54,038 nt of DNA from Candidatus Uhrbacteria bacterium. Lineage in GTDB: Bacteria; Patescibacteriota; Patescibacteriia; UBA9934; GWF2-40-263. The stretch spans positions 1-54,038 of the forward strand of contig CAIMOJ010000017.1 in NCBI GenBank assembly GCA_903843045.1, in the 5' to 3' direction. Of this stretch, positions 38,038-48,173 are shown piece by piece (the first letter of the stretch is position 1; every line of letters starts with the position of its first letter). Made by a program: the position numbers and the translations under genes. The notes beneath the pieces were generated by a model, which was given only the letters and a program-made list of their open reading frames with translations, ran no database searches and was not told the DNA's origin.

Positions 38038-39327
38038 ATGCATACATACATCCTTGAGCCGCAGCCGAAGAACAGCATGAAAATCACCATTACCGTCCCG
38101 CACGAGGACGTCGTCCCGTACCTCGAGGCCGCCGCGAACAAGGTGTCCGAGGAAAACCCGGTGAAGGGATTCCGCCCGGGAAAGGCCGGGTACGAGACCG
38201 TGAAGGCGAGCCACGGCGAGATGAAGATTTACGAGGCGGCGCTCGAGCCGATCATTCGCAAGACCTTCGTCGCCACGCTCGAGGCGAACAAGATCGAGAC
38301 GGTCGGGTCGCCGAAGATCGACGTGCAGAAGCTCGTCCCTGGCAACGAGATCGTGTTCTCGGCCGAGGTGGCGCTGATGCCGAAGATCACGAAGCTCGCC
38401 GACTGGCGCGCGATGTCCATCGAGCAGAAATCGACCGAGGTCACCGAGAAGGACCTCGACCAGGCGCTCAAGGACCTGCGCAACATGCAGACCAAGGAGA
38501 TCCGCGCCGAGGCCGGAACGCCCGCCTGCGACGTCGACAAGGTGGTCGTGTCCATGAACCTGAAGAAGGACGGCGTCGCGGTGGAAGGCGGCCAGTCGCC
38601 GAACCACGCGGTGTACCTCACCGAGGAATACTACGTCCCGGGATTCAAGGAACAGCTCGTCGGGATGAAGGAAGGCGAGCAGAAGAGCTTCACGCTCACC
38701 TTCCCGGAAAACCACACGAGCAAGATGCTCGCCGGCGCGGCCGTCGAGTTCGACATATCGCTGAAGGAGGTCCACAAGCTCGACCACCCGGACCTCGACG
38801 ACGCGTTCGCCGCCTCGCTCGGCCAGGCCGACATGAAGGCGCTGCGCGAGATCCTCTCGAAGAACATCGCCGGAGAGAAGGAGATGGAGGAGAAGGGCCG
38901 CCAGGAGCGCGAGCTGCTCGAGAAGATCGCAAACGAGAGCCGCTTCGACGACATGCCGGACCTGCTCGTCAACGAGGAGGTCAACAAGATGATCCACGAG
39001 CTCGAGCAGGGCGCGAAGGAGCAGGGAATGGACTTCGACGAGTACCTCAAGTCCATCAAGAAGACGATCGCGGGCCTCAAGCTCGAGTTCACCCCCCAGG
39101 CTCTCCTCCGCATCAAGGTCGCACTGATTCTCCGTGACATCACCAACTCGGAGAACATCGAGATCACCGACGCCGAGGTCGAGGAAGCGCTCGACAAGAT
39201 CGCCGAGCGCCACGAGGACAAGGAAGAACGCGACCGCATCTACAACCCGGAGTACCGCGGGTACGTCGAGTACACGCTGAAGAACCGGAAGGCGGTCGAG
39301 ACGCTGCGGAAGGCGATGTTGAAGTAA
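38038..39327 (+). CDS. tig: Trigger factor
   Basis: GFRPGKA signature; FKBP-like VPGFKEQLVGMK.GE.K.F..FPE; TTGACA-N17-TAGAAT promoter. Confidence 0.95.
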   Translation: MHTYILEPQPKNSMKITITVPHEDVVPYLEAAANKVSEENPVKGFRPGKAGYETVKASHGEMKIYEAALEPIIRKTFVATLEANKIETVGSPKIDVQKLVPGNEIVFSAEVALMPKITKLADWRAMSIEQKSTEVTEKDLDQALKDLRNMQTKEIRAEAGTPACDVDKVVVSMNLKKDGVAVEGGQSPNHAVYLTEEYYVPGFKEQLVGMKEGEQKSFTLTFPENHTSKMLAGAAVEFDISLKEVHKLDHPDLDDAFAASLGQADMKALREILSKNIAGEKEMEEKGRQERELLEKIANESRFDDMPDLLVNEEVNKMIHELEQGAKEQGMDFDEYLKSIKKTIAGLKLEFTPQALLRIKVALILRDITNSENIEITDAEVEEALDKIAERHEDKEERDRIYNPEYRGYVEYTLKNRKAVETLRKAMLK

Positions 39328-39456
39328 GAACCGTCGCAATTATCCACACGGTTCGCGTTGACAAAACCGTCGATTCGTGATTAAATTGAATCAGAAATAA
39401 GTCCCCAACATGAAATTCATGCGGGGACTTTTTGTTTACTCACTTTGTCGAACCAT

Positions 39457-39969
39457 ATGAACGATCTCATTCCTACGGAGCTAATTGAAAACAGAATCTA
39501 TCTGTTCCGGGAACAGCGCGTTATGATCGATCGCGATCTGGCAGAGATGTATGGAGTTACGACGAAAGTTCTGAACCAGGCAGTAAGCAGAAACATGGAG
39601 CGATTTCCAAACGATTTTATGTTCAAATTATCGCTCTATGAAGCCAAACGTTTGAGGTCACAAATTGTGACCTCAAACGTCGGACGCGGCGGAATCCGAT
39701 GGCAGCCGTACGCGTTCACCGAGCAAGGCGTCGCCATGCTCTCCAGCGTCCTGAAGAGCCCTCGCGCCATCGCGGTGAACATCCAGATCATCCGTACCTT
39801 CACCAAACTTCGCGCCATGCTCGCGGAAAATGACGATCTGCGTCGCAAGATCGAGGCGATGGAAAAACAATACGACGAAAACTTCGCGGTCGTGTTCGAC
39901 GCGATCCGCCGGATGCTCGACGATAACGCGGAGCCAAAGGTAGAGATCGGGTTTCGTGCCGACAATTGA
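39457..39969 (+). CDS. ORF6N (KilA-N-related) domain protein
   Basis: RVMIDRDLAEMYGV.TK.LNQAV.RN..RFP.DFMF, PYAFTEQGVAMLSSVL.S. Confidence 0.9.
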   Translation: MNDLIPTELIENRIYLFREQRVMIDRDLAEMYGVTTKVLNQAVSRNMERFPNDFMFKLSLYEAKRLRSQIVTSNVGRGGIRWQPYAFTEQGVAMLSSVLKSPRAIAVNIQIIRTFTKLRAMLAENDDLRRKIEAMEKQYDENFAVVFDAIRRMLDDNAEPKVEIGFRADN

Positions 39970-40027
39970 CAATTTGCCAATTCCATGACACTCTTCATCT
40001 CCGCAAACAAGCGGATCCGGAGTTTCC

Positions 40028-40600
40028 ATGAAGCGTTCCCTCCTGCCCTTTCTCTCGCTCGTAAGTCTTCTGTCCGCGGGCTGCGCGCCCACGCCCGCGT
40101 ACATCGCATTCGATGGCGGCGACGCGGGAATTGTCATCCACACCATGGACAACGTTCCGCTGCGTCGTGCCGTCGTCCTCGACGCGGACGGCAATACACT
40201 CGATCCCCAACCGTCCCCCACGAATCTGTCTTGGACCGTCACGCCCGCGAGCGTCGCGACCTTGGACACGCACATGGTCAAGCCCGTCGGCAACGGCAAT
40301 GCCACGGTCGAGGTGCGGATCGGCGATATCCGCGGCAAGTACGCGCTCACGGTCGATCTCGACGACGGCGAGCCAACGGACACGAAGCCTCCGTCCACTT
40401 CCTACACCAACTGTCCGGCCGCGGATTACGGCAACGGGGTGTACGTATTCGGATGCGGCAAAGGCAACTTTCCTTCCGCCCTCACGGACTTCCTGAAGAC
40501 CCACGCCGTCGTCGTCTCGGCCGTATCGCCGCTCGTCGAATACATGGGCGGCGGTCGCACGGAAGCCAACTCCTACCTCGTCGTCACGCGCCCCAACTAG
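40028..40600 (+). CDS. Lipoprotein with Ig-like (Big_2-like) domain
   Basis: Lipobox LSAGC; LSWTV...VAT..GNATVEV. Confidence 0.65.
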   Translation: MKRSLLPFLSLVSLLSAGCAPTPAYIAFDGGDAGIVIHTMDNVPLRRAVVLDADGNTLDPQPSPTNLSWTVTPASVATLDTHMVKPVGNGNATVEVRIGDIRGKYALTVDLDDGEPTDTKPPSTSYTNCPAADYGNGVYVFGCGKGNFPSALTDFLKTHAVVVSAVSPLVEYMGGGRTEANSYLVVTRPN

Positions 40601-40628
40601 CGGGCGCTCTTTTTAATTTAAAAGACCG

Positions 40629-41012
40629 TCAACACCGAGTGTTGACGGCAGGCTTCGCGTCGACTTCCGCAAGCTCGAACACCACCGCGTGACCCTCCTC
40701 CTGGTGCGGCAGGAAGATCCGTCCGAGGAATGACATCGTCTGCGCCTTGTCGCCGTGCGCGAGTCGGGCGAGATCCTCGCGGTCGACGATCTCGAACATG
40801 TTTGCGTACGGCCGCACCGCGACGATCTTCCGTCGACAGCGTCGCATCTTGCCGTTGAACTCCGACTGAATATCGATCGTGTCCCCGGGATTCGCCGGCG
40901 GAAAGATCCAGCTCACGGACCGCACCAACAGGTCCTTCTGTCCGCTCTCGATCAGAAGGAACGTCGCCTTCTTCACGGAAAAGATCGTGGGTTTTTTCCT
41001 TTGCCCCCTCAT
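40629..41012 (-). CDS. ASCH/PUA-like domain protein
   Basis: F.LIESGQK..VR...PGDTI, VRPY..F; GGAGG RBS. Confidence 0.6.
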   Translation of the reverse strand: MRGQRKKPTIFSVKKATFLLIESGQKDLLVRSVSWIFPPANPGDTIDIQSEFNGKMRRCRRKIVAVRPYANMFEIVDREDLARLAHGDKAQTMSFLGRIFLPHQEEGHAVVFELAEVDAKPAVNTRC

Positions 41013-41118
41013 GGATACCTCCTTGGACGAGGACCGTACACGATCCCGCGACGATTGACAATGAGCCGTTCCCATGCTACGTTCTTGCCACGCAATCATG
41101 CGGAACACTGGAGGTTTC

Positions 41119-41532
41119 ATGAAAGCCAGCACCATGGGAAAGATGATCGCCGCTGCGTTTGTCGTCCCGCTCGTCGTCCTTCCACTTCTGTACCCGTCGG
41201 CATTCGCCGCCACGCCGGCCCCGGTCGCGGGCACCGCGCCGTCGGCCAGCCATGCCGACTACTCGAAGTGCAAGGACCCGACGCTGCCGTCGGTCTCCTG
41301 CCAGACGCCCGTCTCGTACGGTACCTGTCAGGTGTACGTGTACGACAACGGCATCCGCGAGTTCGTCTGCGACCGCGGCGAGCCGCACGCGTTCCCGAGC
41401 GGTCTCGACACGTACCTCTCCGTGAATGACGCGCAGGCCGTGTCCTCCATGATCCAGATCGAGGACGCCTTCGCCTGCCCGTACCGCGCCGGCTGCGACA
41501 CCTTCGTTGTCATCACGCAGTACGCGAGATGA
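41119..41532 (+). CDS. Secreted Cys-containing hypothetical protein
   Basis: Signal peptide ending AFA; GGAGG RBS; C-terminus resembles the 40028 protein. Confidence 0.6.
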   Translation: MKASTMGKMIAAAFVVPLVVLPLLYPSAFAATPAPVAGTAPSASHADYSKCKDPTLPSVSCQTPVSYGTCQVYVYDNGIREFVCDRGEPHAFPSGLDTYLSVNDAQAVSSMIQIEDAFACPYRAGCDTFVVITQYAR

Positions 41533-41720
41533 CACCCGCGACCCTTTGGCCCGGCGCGCGCTGGCTCTGCGCGCGCGAGACGACTTTCTACCAGCCGCCG
41601 GACTACGTCTCGGGTCCTCTCCAATCGTCGCAGGACCAGCTCCTCCTCGCGGCGATCCTCTTCGGCCTCGCGATCGGCCTGGCCGTTGTCGCCGTCACCC
41701 AGATCCACTCAGAACGCTGA
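41529..41720 (+). CDS. Small membrane protein
   Basis: ATGA overlap; one transmembrane segment; terminator follows. Confidence 0.45.
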   Translation: MTPATLWPGARWLCARETTFYQPPDYVSGPLQSSQDQLLLAAILFGLAIGLAVVAVTQIHSER

Positions 41721-41806
41721 CCCGTCTATCCCAATGGACGGGAATTTTTATTGCGTGATTTCTCGATCCATCATACGATGGTCATTGTCACTCCTGTTTT
41801 TATTTT

Positions 41807-42640
41807 ATGAAATTTGGCGCGCACGTATCGGCGGCCGGCGGGCTTTGGAACGCTCCCATCAATGCGGGAAAACTTGGGTGCGAAGTGCTCCAGATGTTTT
41901 CGCGTCCGCCGCAGGGAGGAAAGCCGTCGGCGATTACCGGGGAGGTCGAGGCAAAGTTCAAGGCGGAGATGAAAGCGAACAAGATCGAGCGCGCGTATAT
42001 CCATACGCCGTATTTCATTAACCTGGCGAGCGGAACCCAGCGGATCGTCGACAACTCCATCGCCGTCATCCGCGAGGAGCTGATGCGCGGATCGCAGCTT
42101 GGGTGCCACGCGGTGATGTTCCATCCTGGGTCGGCGAAGGATGTCGGCGAGGAGAAGGGGATCGCGATGGTGATCGACGGGCTGAACCAGATCATGAGCG
42201 GATACCGCGGCTCCTGCCAGCTTCTCATCGAGATATCGGCGGGCGCCGGGGCGGTGATGGGCGACTCGTTCGAGGAGATCGCGGCGTTTCTCGACGGCGC
42301 GAAGCGCGGGAAGGACATCGGGGTGTGCTTCGACACGCAGCACGCGTTCGCGTCGGGGTACGACCTGCGGACGGCGGAGGCGGTCGAGGCGACGTTCAAG
42401 AAGTTCGACAAATTGATCGGGCTCGAAAAGCTCGTAGCCTCGCATTGCAACGACTCGAAGGTCGAGCTTGCCGGTCACAAGGACCGGCACGAGCATCTCG
42501 GAAAAGGACATATCGGGCTCGACGGATTCCGGGCGATCGTCGCAAGCAAGAAACTCCAGCATCTGGACCTGATCCTTGAAACGCCAATGGACGACGGTGT
42601 CGAGGCAGACCTCGCGTTTCTCAAGGCCGAACGGGACTAA
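41807..42640 (+). CDS. nfo: Endonuclease IV
   Basis: GAHVSAAGG, HTPYFINLAS, FHPG, CFDTQH, HCNDSK, DRHEHLGKG.IG, ILETP. Confidence 0.95.
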   Translation: MKFGAHVSAAGGLWNAPINAGKLGCEVLQMFSRPPQGGKPSAITGEVEAKFKAEMKANKIERAYIHTPYFINLASGTQRIVDNSIAVIREELMRGSQLGCHAVMFHPGSAKDVGEEKGIAMVIDGLNQIMSGYRGSCQLLIEISAGAGAVMGDSFEEIAAFLDGAKRGKDIGVCFDTQHAFASGYDLRTAEAVEATFKKFDKLIGLEKLVASHCNDSKVELAGHKDRHEHLGKGHIGLDGFRAIVASKKLQHLDLILETPMDDGVEADLAFLKAERD

Positions 42641-42654
42641 TATCCCAACACTCT

Positions 42655-43461
42655 ATGCCATCACGATCCCCAAAGCCACTTGCAACCGCCATCGCCGCCG
42701 CCCGGGAAGCCGGGAAAATTTTGATGGCCGCGTATTCGGGCGGGAGGGAAAGTCTGGACGTGAAGTATAAGAAATTTCTGGAGCCGGTGACGCTCGCGGA
42801 CAATGCAAGCAACGACGCGATCCTTCGGAGGATCAGCAAGACGTTCCCGAACGACGACATCGTAAGCGAGGAGGGAAACGGGGCGGATACGATCGGGACG
42901 AAGCCCGTGTGGGTGATCGACCCGCTGGACGGGACGACCAACTTCATCAACCACATCCCGCTGTTCGCGGTCGCCATCGCGCGCATGGAAAACGGCGTGC
43001 CGACCGTGGCGGTCATCTACGACCCGGTTCACGACGAGATGTTCGCGGCGGAGAGGGGAAAGGGGGCGACGCTGAATGGAATGCCGATGCATACGACGAC
43101 ACGGGACGTCACGCGTGGCGCGCTGCTCATCGCCGGCCGCGGATATCGCGACCACGACCGGGTCCGACACGGCAAGATCATCTATTCCCTGGAGCGCGTA
43201 ACGCCATATTTCCGACGATTGGGCTCCGCGGCCATCATGCTCTCCGCCCTCGCCGCCGGACGCGCCGACGCATTGATCCTGACGGGCAACAAGCCGTGGG
43301 ACACGGTCGCCGGGACGCTGCTGGTGGAGGAAGCTGGCGGGAAAGTGACGGATTATTGCGGGCGCAGATGGACCCATAAAAGCCAGGATTTGCTTGCTAC
43401 CAACGGTCCGATCCATCCGCAGCTCGTCATCGTGACGAAAAAGAAGTGCAAGGCCGTATGA
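42655..43461 (+). CDS. suhB: Inositol monophosphatase family protein
   Basis: SEE, WVIDPLDGTTNF, RRLGSAA, PWDTVAG.L.VEEAGG. Confidence 0.88.
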   Translation: MPSRSPKPLATAIAAAREAGKILMAAYSGGRESLDVKYKKFLEPVTLADNASNDAILRRISKTFPNDDIVSEEGNGADTIGTKPVWVIDPLDGTTNFINHIPLFAVAIARMENGVPTVAVIYDPVHDEMFAAERGKGATLNGMPMHTTTRDVTRGALLIAGRGYRDHDRVRHGKIIYSLERVTPYFRRLGSAAIMLSALAAGRADALILTGNKPWDTVAGTLLVEEAGGKVTDYCGRRWTHKSQDLLATNGPIHPQLVIVTKKKCKAV

Positions 43462-43679
43462 TCGTCACGGTCCACGCGAAGCCGAACGCGCGCACAAACT
43501 CCATCGCCTGGCTCGACGACACGACCGCGAAAGTAACGGTCACCGCGGCTCCAGAATCGGGGAAGGCGACGATCGCGATCGCCGATTTGCTCGCCGAGCA
43601 CTACGGGATCGCGAAGTCGCGAGTGACGCTCGTGCGCGGCGCGACGACGAGGATGAAGCAGTTTGACGTCGAGATCTAA
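43458..43679 (+). CDS. DUF167 (YggU-like) protein
   Basis: V.AKPNA, V.AAPE.GKA, GATTR.K. Confidence 0.85.
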   Translation: MIVTVHAKPNARTNSIAWLDDTTAKVTVTAAPESGKATIAIADLLAEHYGIAKSRVTLVRGATTRMKQFDVEI

Positions 43680-43706
43680 AAAGAACGCCGATCGGCGTTC
43701 TTTTTC

Positions 43707-43949
43707 TTATTCCGGCACTTCATCAATCCCGCCGGCAGAGAATGGATTGCACCGCAGTATCCTCCAAGCCGTCAGCTTTCCACCCTTTATCAAGCCGTGC
43801 CGATCAACGCACTGGTACCCGTATTCCGAGCAGGTCGGGTGAAATCGGCAATACCCATCCGGAAAGAACCGCTTCGGCCAGCCATGGTCCATCGAGAAGG
43901 TCCGCTGGTAAATACGTATCGACCAAAGGACAATGATCTTGCCCATCAT
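43707..43949 (-). CDS. yidD: Membrane protein insertion efficiency factor
   Basis: CRFHPTCSEY, RILRCNPF..GG.D.VP. Confidence 0.92.
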   Translation of the reverse strand: MMGKIIVLWSIRIYQRTFSMDHGWPKRFFPDGYCRFHPTCSEYGYQCVDRHGLIKGGKLTAWRILRCNPFSAGGIDEVPE

Positions 43950-44284
43950 AGGATTCCCGCCTTACGCAGACTTCCAAGCACGTGCTTCTCCAGCTCGCCG
44001 TACGTTTTCCCAATCGCCTCCTTGCGTACCAGCATCATCACGTCGAATCCCGGCTTTAATGATGCCAGGCGCAGACGGATTATCTCACGAATCTGACGGC
44101 GCAGACGATTGCGAATCACGGCGCGCTTCGACACCTTTGTGCCAACAACCACGGCAAATCGCGACGACTCCGTTCCGTTCTTGCGAAACTTCAAGCCGCA
44201 GCAAACATCAAAGACGCCCTTGCCTTTGGCAAAGAGCGTCTTGATGTCCTTGTCGAGGTGGAGCCGGTGGGCTCGCGGAAGCAT
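43946..44284 (-). CDS. rnpA: Ribonuclease P protein component
   Basis: KVSKRAVIRNRLRRQIRE. Confidence 0.93.
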   Translation of the reverse strand: MLPRAHRLHLDKDIKTLFAKGKGVFDVCCGLKFRKNGTESSRFAVVVGTKVSKRAVIRNRLRRQIREIIRLRLASLKPGFDVMMLVRKEAIGKTYGELEKHVLGSLRKAGIL

Positions 44285-44293
44285 AGGACGGTC

Positions 44294-44446
44294 CTACTTC
44301 TTCTTCGCCTGGACGCTGACGCGCTTGCGGCCCTTGGCGCGGCGCGCGTTGAGCACGTTCTGGCCCGATCGGGTGCGCATGCGGATGCGGAATCCATGAA
44401 CCTTCGCCCGCTTCTCCTTTTTCGGCTGATATGTGCGCTTTGGCAT
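44294..44446 (-). CDS. rpmH: 50S ribosomal protein L34
   Basis: [32 protein letters not shown]. Confidence 0.95.
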   Translation of the reverse strand: MPKRTYQPKKEKRAKVHGFRIRMRTRSGQNVLNARRAKGRKRVSVQAKKK

Positions 44447-44485
44447 ATAATACGTAAGAATTTCGAGTACCGGGATGCTATCATA

Positions 44486-44567
44486 GTATCCACAATTTAT
44501 CAACCTTATCCCCATGATCTGCACAGCGAGCGGCGATAATATCGACCCCTTGCTTGCTTGTGGATAA
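44486..44567. promoter_or_regulatory. DnaA-box cluster in the rpmH-dnaA intergenic region
   Basis: GTATCCACA 44486, TTATCCCCA 44506, perfect TGTGGATAA 44559. Confidence 0.75.
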
Positions 44568-44615
44568 ATGGTTAAGATGTCGGAGTTCCTAAGTCGTCGT
44601 TCATCGAATCGTGTT

Positions 44616-46058
44616 ATGAATACCAACGAACTGTGGCAGGCGGTTCTTGGAGAGCTTGAGCTTTCACTCGGCAGGGCGAATTTCACGACGTGGTTCCGCA
44701 GTACGTTCATCATTTCCTACGATGCCGGCCAGCTGTGCATTGGCGTACCGAATTTGTTTACCAAGGCATGGCTTGAGAAGAAATATCACAAGGAGATTTA
44801 CCAATCCCTGCAAACGCACACGGGAAACGGCATCCGCGTCATCTGTTACAAGGTGGAGGCGAAGGCCGGAGCGGCCCAACAGATTCCGGAACGCAACGTC
44901 GAGGTTGTCGTTGTCGCGGAACCCCGTCCACGGGTCACGGAGCCGGTAATGCGCCCCGTATTCGTAAATCCGATCGTGTCGTCCACAGTCTATCAACAGG
45001 ATCCGGAACCGGTTGTAAACAAAGACTTCGGGGAATTCTCCCTGAATCGAAAATACACCTTCGGAAACTTTGTCGTGGGCAAGCAAAACGAACTCGCTCA
45101 CGCTGCGGCCCAGGCCGTGGTGACCCAGCCGGGCGGCGTCTACAACCCACTGTTTATCTACGGAGGCGTCGGACTCGGAAAAACACACCTTTTGCAGGCC
45201 GTCGGCAATGAGATCATCAAAAAGAACGGCCAGGCGAAGGTCCTGTACGTCACCAGCGAGAAATTCACCAACGATTTCATCAATGCGGTGCGGACCGGCC
45301 ACGCGAAGGAATTCAAGAACCAGTATCGCAACGTGGACGTGTTGCTGATTGATGACATTCAGTTCATTACGAGCAAAGAACAGACGCAGGAGGAGTTTTT
45401 CAATACGTTTAACCAGCTATACCAAACCAACAAGCAGATTGTCATCTCGTCGGACCGCCCGCCGAACGCCATTATTGGACTGGAACCAAGGCTCCAGTCC
45501 CGACTGCTCCAAGGAATGATCACGGACGTTGGCGCGCCGGACTTTGAGACCCGCGTCGCCATCCTCGATACGAAATGCCGCGAAAAGAGCTTTCCGCTCG
45601 ACCGCGACATTCTTCATCACATGGCCACGCTCGTGCAGAGCAACGTCCGCGAGCTCGAAGGGGCTCTCAACAAAGTCATTGCGTTCCACCAGTTTAAGAA
45701 CCAGACGCCGACGGTTGAGTCCGTCCGTCCTATTCTTTCCAGTTTCCAGCCAAACTCTGCAAAAAAATCTGTCACCCCTCGCCAACTTATCCAAATCGTC
45801 GCGACATACTTCGACCTTCAGATTCCGGACCTGCTTGGAAAGAGCCGCGAAAAACGACTCGCCTTCCCGCGGCAGATCACGATGTATCTCATGCGCGAGG
45901 AAATGAAGTCGAGCTATCCTTCCATCGGGACGGAACTCGGCGGCCGCGACCACACCACGGCGATGCACGCGTACGACAAGATCAGCGGGATCGTGACGGA
46001 GGATGAAAAGCTCCAGCATGACCTCGAGCTGATCAAACAGCGCCTATACGCGTTATAA
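44616..46058 (+). CDS. dnaA: Chromosomal replication initiator
   Basis: [41 protein letters not shown]. Confidence 0.98.
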   Translation: MNTNELWQAVLGELELSLGRANFTTWFRSTFIISYDAGQLCIGVPNLFTKAWLEKKYHKEIYQSLQTHTGNGIRVICYKVEAKAGAAQQIPERNVEVVVVAEPRPRVTEPVMRPVFVNPIVSSTVYQQDPEPVVNKDFGEFSLNRKYTFGNFVVGKQNELAHAAAQAVVTQPGGVYNPLFIYGGVGLGKTHLLQAVGNEIIKKNGQAKVLYVTSEKFTNDFINAVRTGHAKEFKNQYRNVDVLLIDDIQFITSKEQTQEEFFNTFNQLYQTNKQIVISSDRPPNAIIGLEPRLQSRLLQGMITDVGAPDFETRVAILDTKCREKSFPLDRDILHHMATLVQSNVRELEGALNKVIAFHQFKNQTPTVESVRPILSSFQPNSAKKSVTPRQLIQIVATYFDLQIPDLLGKSREKRLAFPRQITMYLMREEMKSSYPSIGTELGGRDHTTAMHAYDKISGIVTEDEKLQHDLELIKQRLYAL

Positions 46059-46312
46059 CCTGAGGATAACCGTGTGGAAACCCGTGTGAGTGGATTGTGA
46101 AGACAGTGTGGATACGTATTGGGTTCGCAATGTCCCGCCGGTCGTCCACAGCCAACTCCACCGTCCCTTCCACACCTTTCCACGGCAATCCACAGGATAA
46201 ATTAAGCTTAACGAAGAGGAATTCTGTCACCTGTCCACTTCATCCACTCCTCTACTATCGTCGTTAATCCTTAATTTATTAAATTAAAAAATTCTAATAA
46301 CAGTAAGAAGGT
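46059..46312. other. Putative oriC (dnaA-dnaN intergenic)
   Basis: Several DnaA-box-like sites (TGAGGATAA, TGTGGATAC, TGTGGAAAC, TCCACA repeats) and an AT-rich unwinding tract at about 46265-46305. Confidence 0.8.
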
Positions 46313-47446
46313 ATGAAGCTGACGTGTACGAGGGACAACCTTCACCAAGGGCTTTCGATCGTAAGCCATCTCACGGGAAAGAACGTGAACCTGCCGATTT
46401 TGCAGAACGTTCTGGTAAAGGCAGAGGGCGGATCGATCCGATTTACGACGACGAATCTCGAAATGGCCGTCAGCTGCCTGATTCGCGGCAAAGTGGACGA
46501 GCCGGGAGAGACGACGATCCCGTCCAAATTGTTCTTCGATTACGTATCGCTTCTTCCGAACGATGCCGTCACGCTCGACGGAACGCTCGAAAACGTGAGG
46601 ATTATCTGCGGAAGCCACAAGACGAAGATGAACACGCTCTCTTCCGCCGAGTTTCCGCTCGTTCCGCGCGTCCAGGGCAACCGGACGTATGCCATCCCCG
46701 CCGAGGATTTTCGCACGGCGCTCGCCCAGGTAACCTTTGCCGTCGCGTCCAACGAGTCTCGACCGGAACTGACGGGCGTTCTCATGCGATTCTCGAAGGG
46801 GACGGGAGAAGGACGCCTGACGATGGCCGCGACCGACTCGTACCGTCTCGCGGAGCGCACGATTCCCGTCGTCACGCCCATCGAGACCGAGGACACGGTC
46901 ATTCTTCCCGCAAAGACCCTTTCCGAGGTGAGCCGAATCCTTTCTGTGTTCCGCGACGACATGGAATGTCCGCCGAGCATCGAGATGACCATATCCGAGA
47001 GCCAGGCGGTTTTCTCTTACGGTCCCGTTGAACTCACCAGTCGCATTATCGAGGGGAATTATCCCGACTATACCCAGATTATCCCCAAACAGTTTGAGAC
47101 ACAGGCCGTGATTGACCGAGAGGATCTCATCAAGGCGGTGAAGACAGCCAGTCTCTTCTCGAAAAATGGCCTGTTCGATGTTATCCTGGAGTTGGACCCG
47201 TCTCTGAAGCAGGCATCGCTCAACGCGGTTGACGCGGCGCGCGGTGAGAACACGACGGTTTGCGGCGCGGACGTGACGGGAAAGAAGAACGTCGTGACGC
47301 TGAACTACCGATATCTCCTCGACGGCTTGAACTCGATGACGGAGGAGAAGGTTCGCTTCCAGATGATCGACGTGACCAACCCATGCGTGGTCGTTCCCGA
47401 GGGAAACGCCGCGCACCTGTACCTCGTGATGCCAATTCGCCAATAA
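46313..47446 (+). CDS. dnaN: DNA polymerase III beta clamp
   Basis: TTNLE, SRPELTGV, ATDSYRLA, SRIIEGNYPDY, LVMPIR. Confidence 0.97.
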   Translation: MKLTCTRDNLHQGLSIVSHLTGKNVNLPILQNVLVKAEGGSIRFTTTNLEMAVSCLIRGKVDEPGETTIPSKLFFDYVSLLPNDAVTLDGTLENVRIICGSHKTKMNTLSSAEFPLVPRVQGNRTYAIPAEDFRTALAQVTFAVASNESRPELTGVLMRFSKGTGEGRLTMAATDSYRLAERTIPVVTPIETEDTVILPAKTLSEVSRILSVFRDDMECPPSIEMTISESQAVFSYGPVELTSRIIEGNYPDYTQIIPKQFETQAVIDREDLIKAVKTASLFSKNGLFDVILELDPSLKQASLNAVDAARGENTTVCGADVTGKKNVVTLNYRYLLDGLNSMTEEKVRFQMIDVTNPCVVVPEGNAAHLYLVMPIRQ

Positions 47447-47451
47447 TCCTT

Positions 47452-47484
47452 TGTCATTGCGAGCTCATCAGAGCGAAGCAATCC
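47452..47484. repeat. REP-like element GTCATTGCGAG...CGAAGCAATC
   Basis: attgc/gcaat imperfect palindrome directly after dnaN. Confidence 0.5.
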
Positions 47485-47493
47485 CATCGTTCT

Positions 47494-48048
47494 ATGGAAA
47501 AGCTCGTCATTCCCAGCGTTCCCGACTCGCTTTACTTCACGATTAGCAAAATGTGGGACGGGTCTCCGTGCGGAGACGAGCGTCTGCACGCGGAGGTCTG
47601 GGTCACGAAGGCGACGGCGGGCCTGAGCATTCGCGTCCACGCGACGATTCTCGATGACCAGCGGGTTCCGAATGCCCCGGTCGACTCGCGGTTCGACGGA
47701 CTGTGGGACTACGACGTGGTCGAGCTGTTCTTCGTCGGCGCGGACGGAAGGTATGCGGAGGTCGAGATCGGCGCGGGCGGCCACTACCTTGTCCTCGCGT
47801 TCGACGACGTTCGCCACCGTTCGAACGACTTCGCCGGCCGAGAGTTCGACCACCGCCACGGAAGCGCCACCCCTGGCACCTGGCAGACCCAGATGACGAT
47901 CCCGTGGGACGCGCTTCCCGCGACGGTCACGAAGCTGAACGCGTTCGCGATCCTCGGAGGCACGCATCTCGCGCTCAGCGCTGTTCCAGGAACCGAGCCG
48001 GACTTCCACCAGCCCGCGACGTTTCCGGACGTCGAAATTGCCGCCTAG
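47494..48048 (+). CDS. DOMON/CBM9-like (UPF0462/C4orf33-like) protein
   Basis: LWDYDVVELFF, Y.EVE.G..GH.LVL.F, PDFHQP..F. Confidence 0.65.
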   Translation: MEKLVIPSVPDSLYFTISKMWDGSPCGDERLHAEVWVTKATAGLSIRVHATILDDQRVPNAPVDSRFDGLWDYDVVELFFVGADGRYAEVEIGAGGHYLVLAFDDVRHRSNDFAGREFDHRHGSATPGTWQTQMTIPWDALPATVTKLNAFAILGGTHLALSAVPGTEPDFHQPATFPDVEIAA

Positions 48049-48173
48049 CCCAAAGAAAAGCCACCGTCCGTCCGGACGGTGGCTTTTGGGTTTGTCTTGA
48101 CGAAAACGTCAAGACGCGGTACACCGTTCCGACCTCGCGCGCATCCGGTGCGCGAACGCCCTTTGGAGGTATT

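Noticed and set aside
37303-39339. Long antisense ORFs (also 13919-15706, 18387-20156, 20153-22183, 51025-52506)
   Set aside because: Shadow frames of real genes, expected in high-GC DNA
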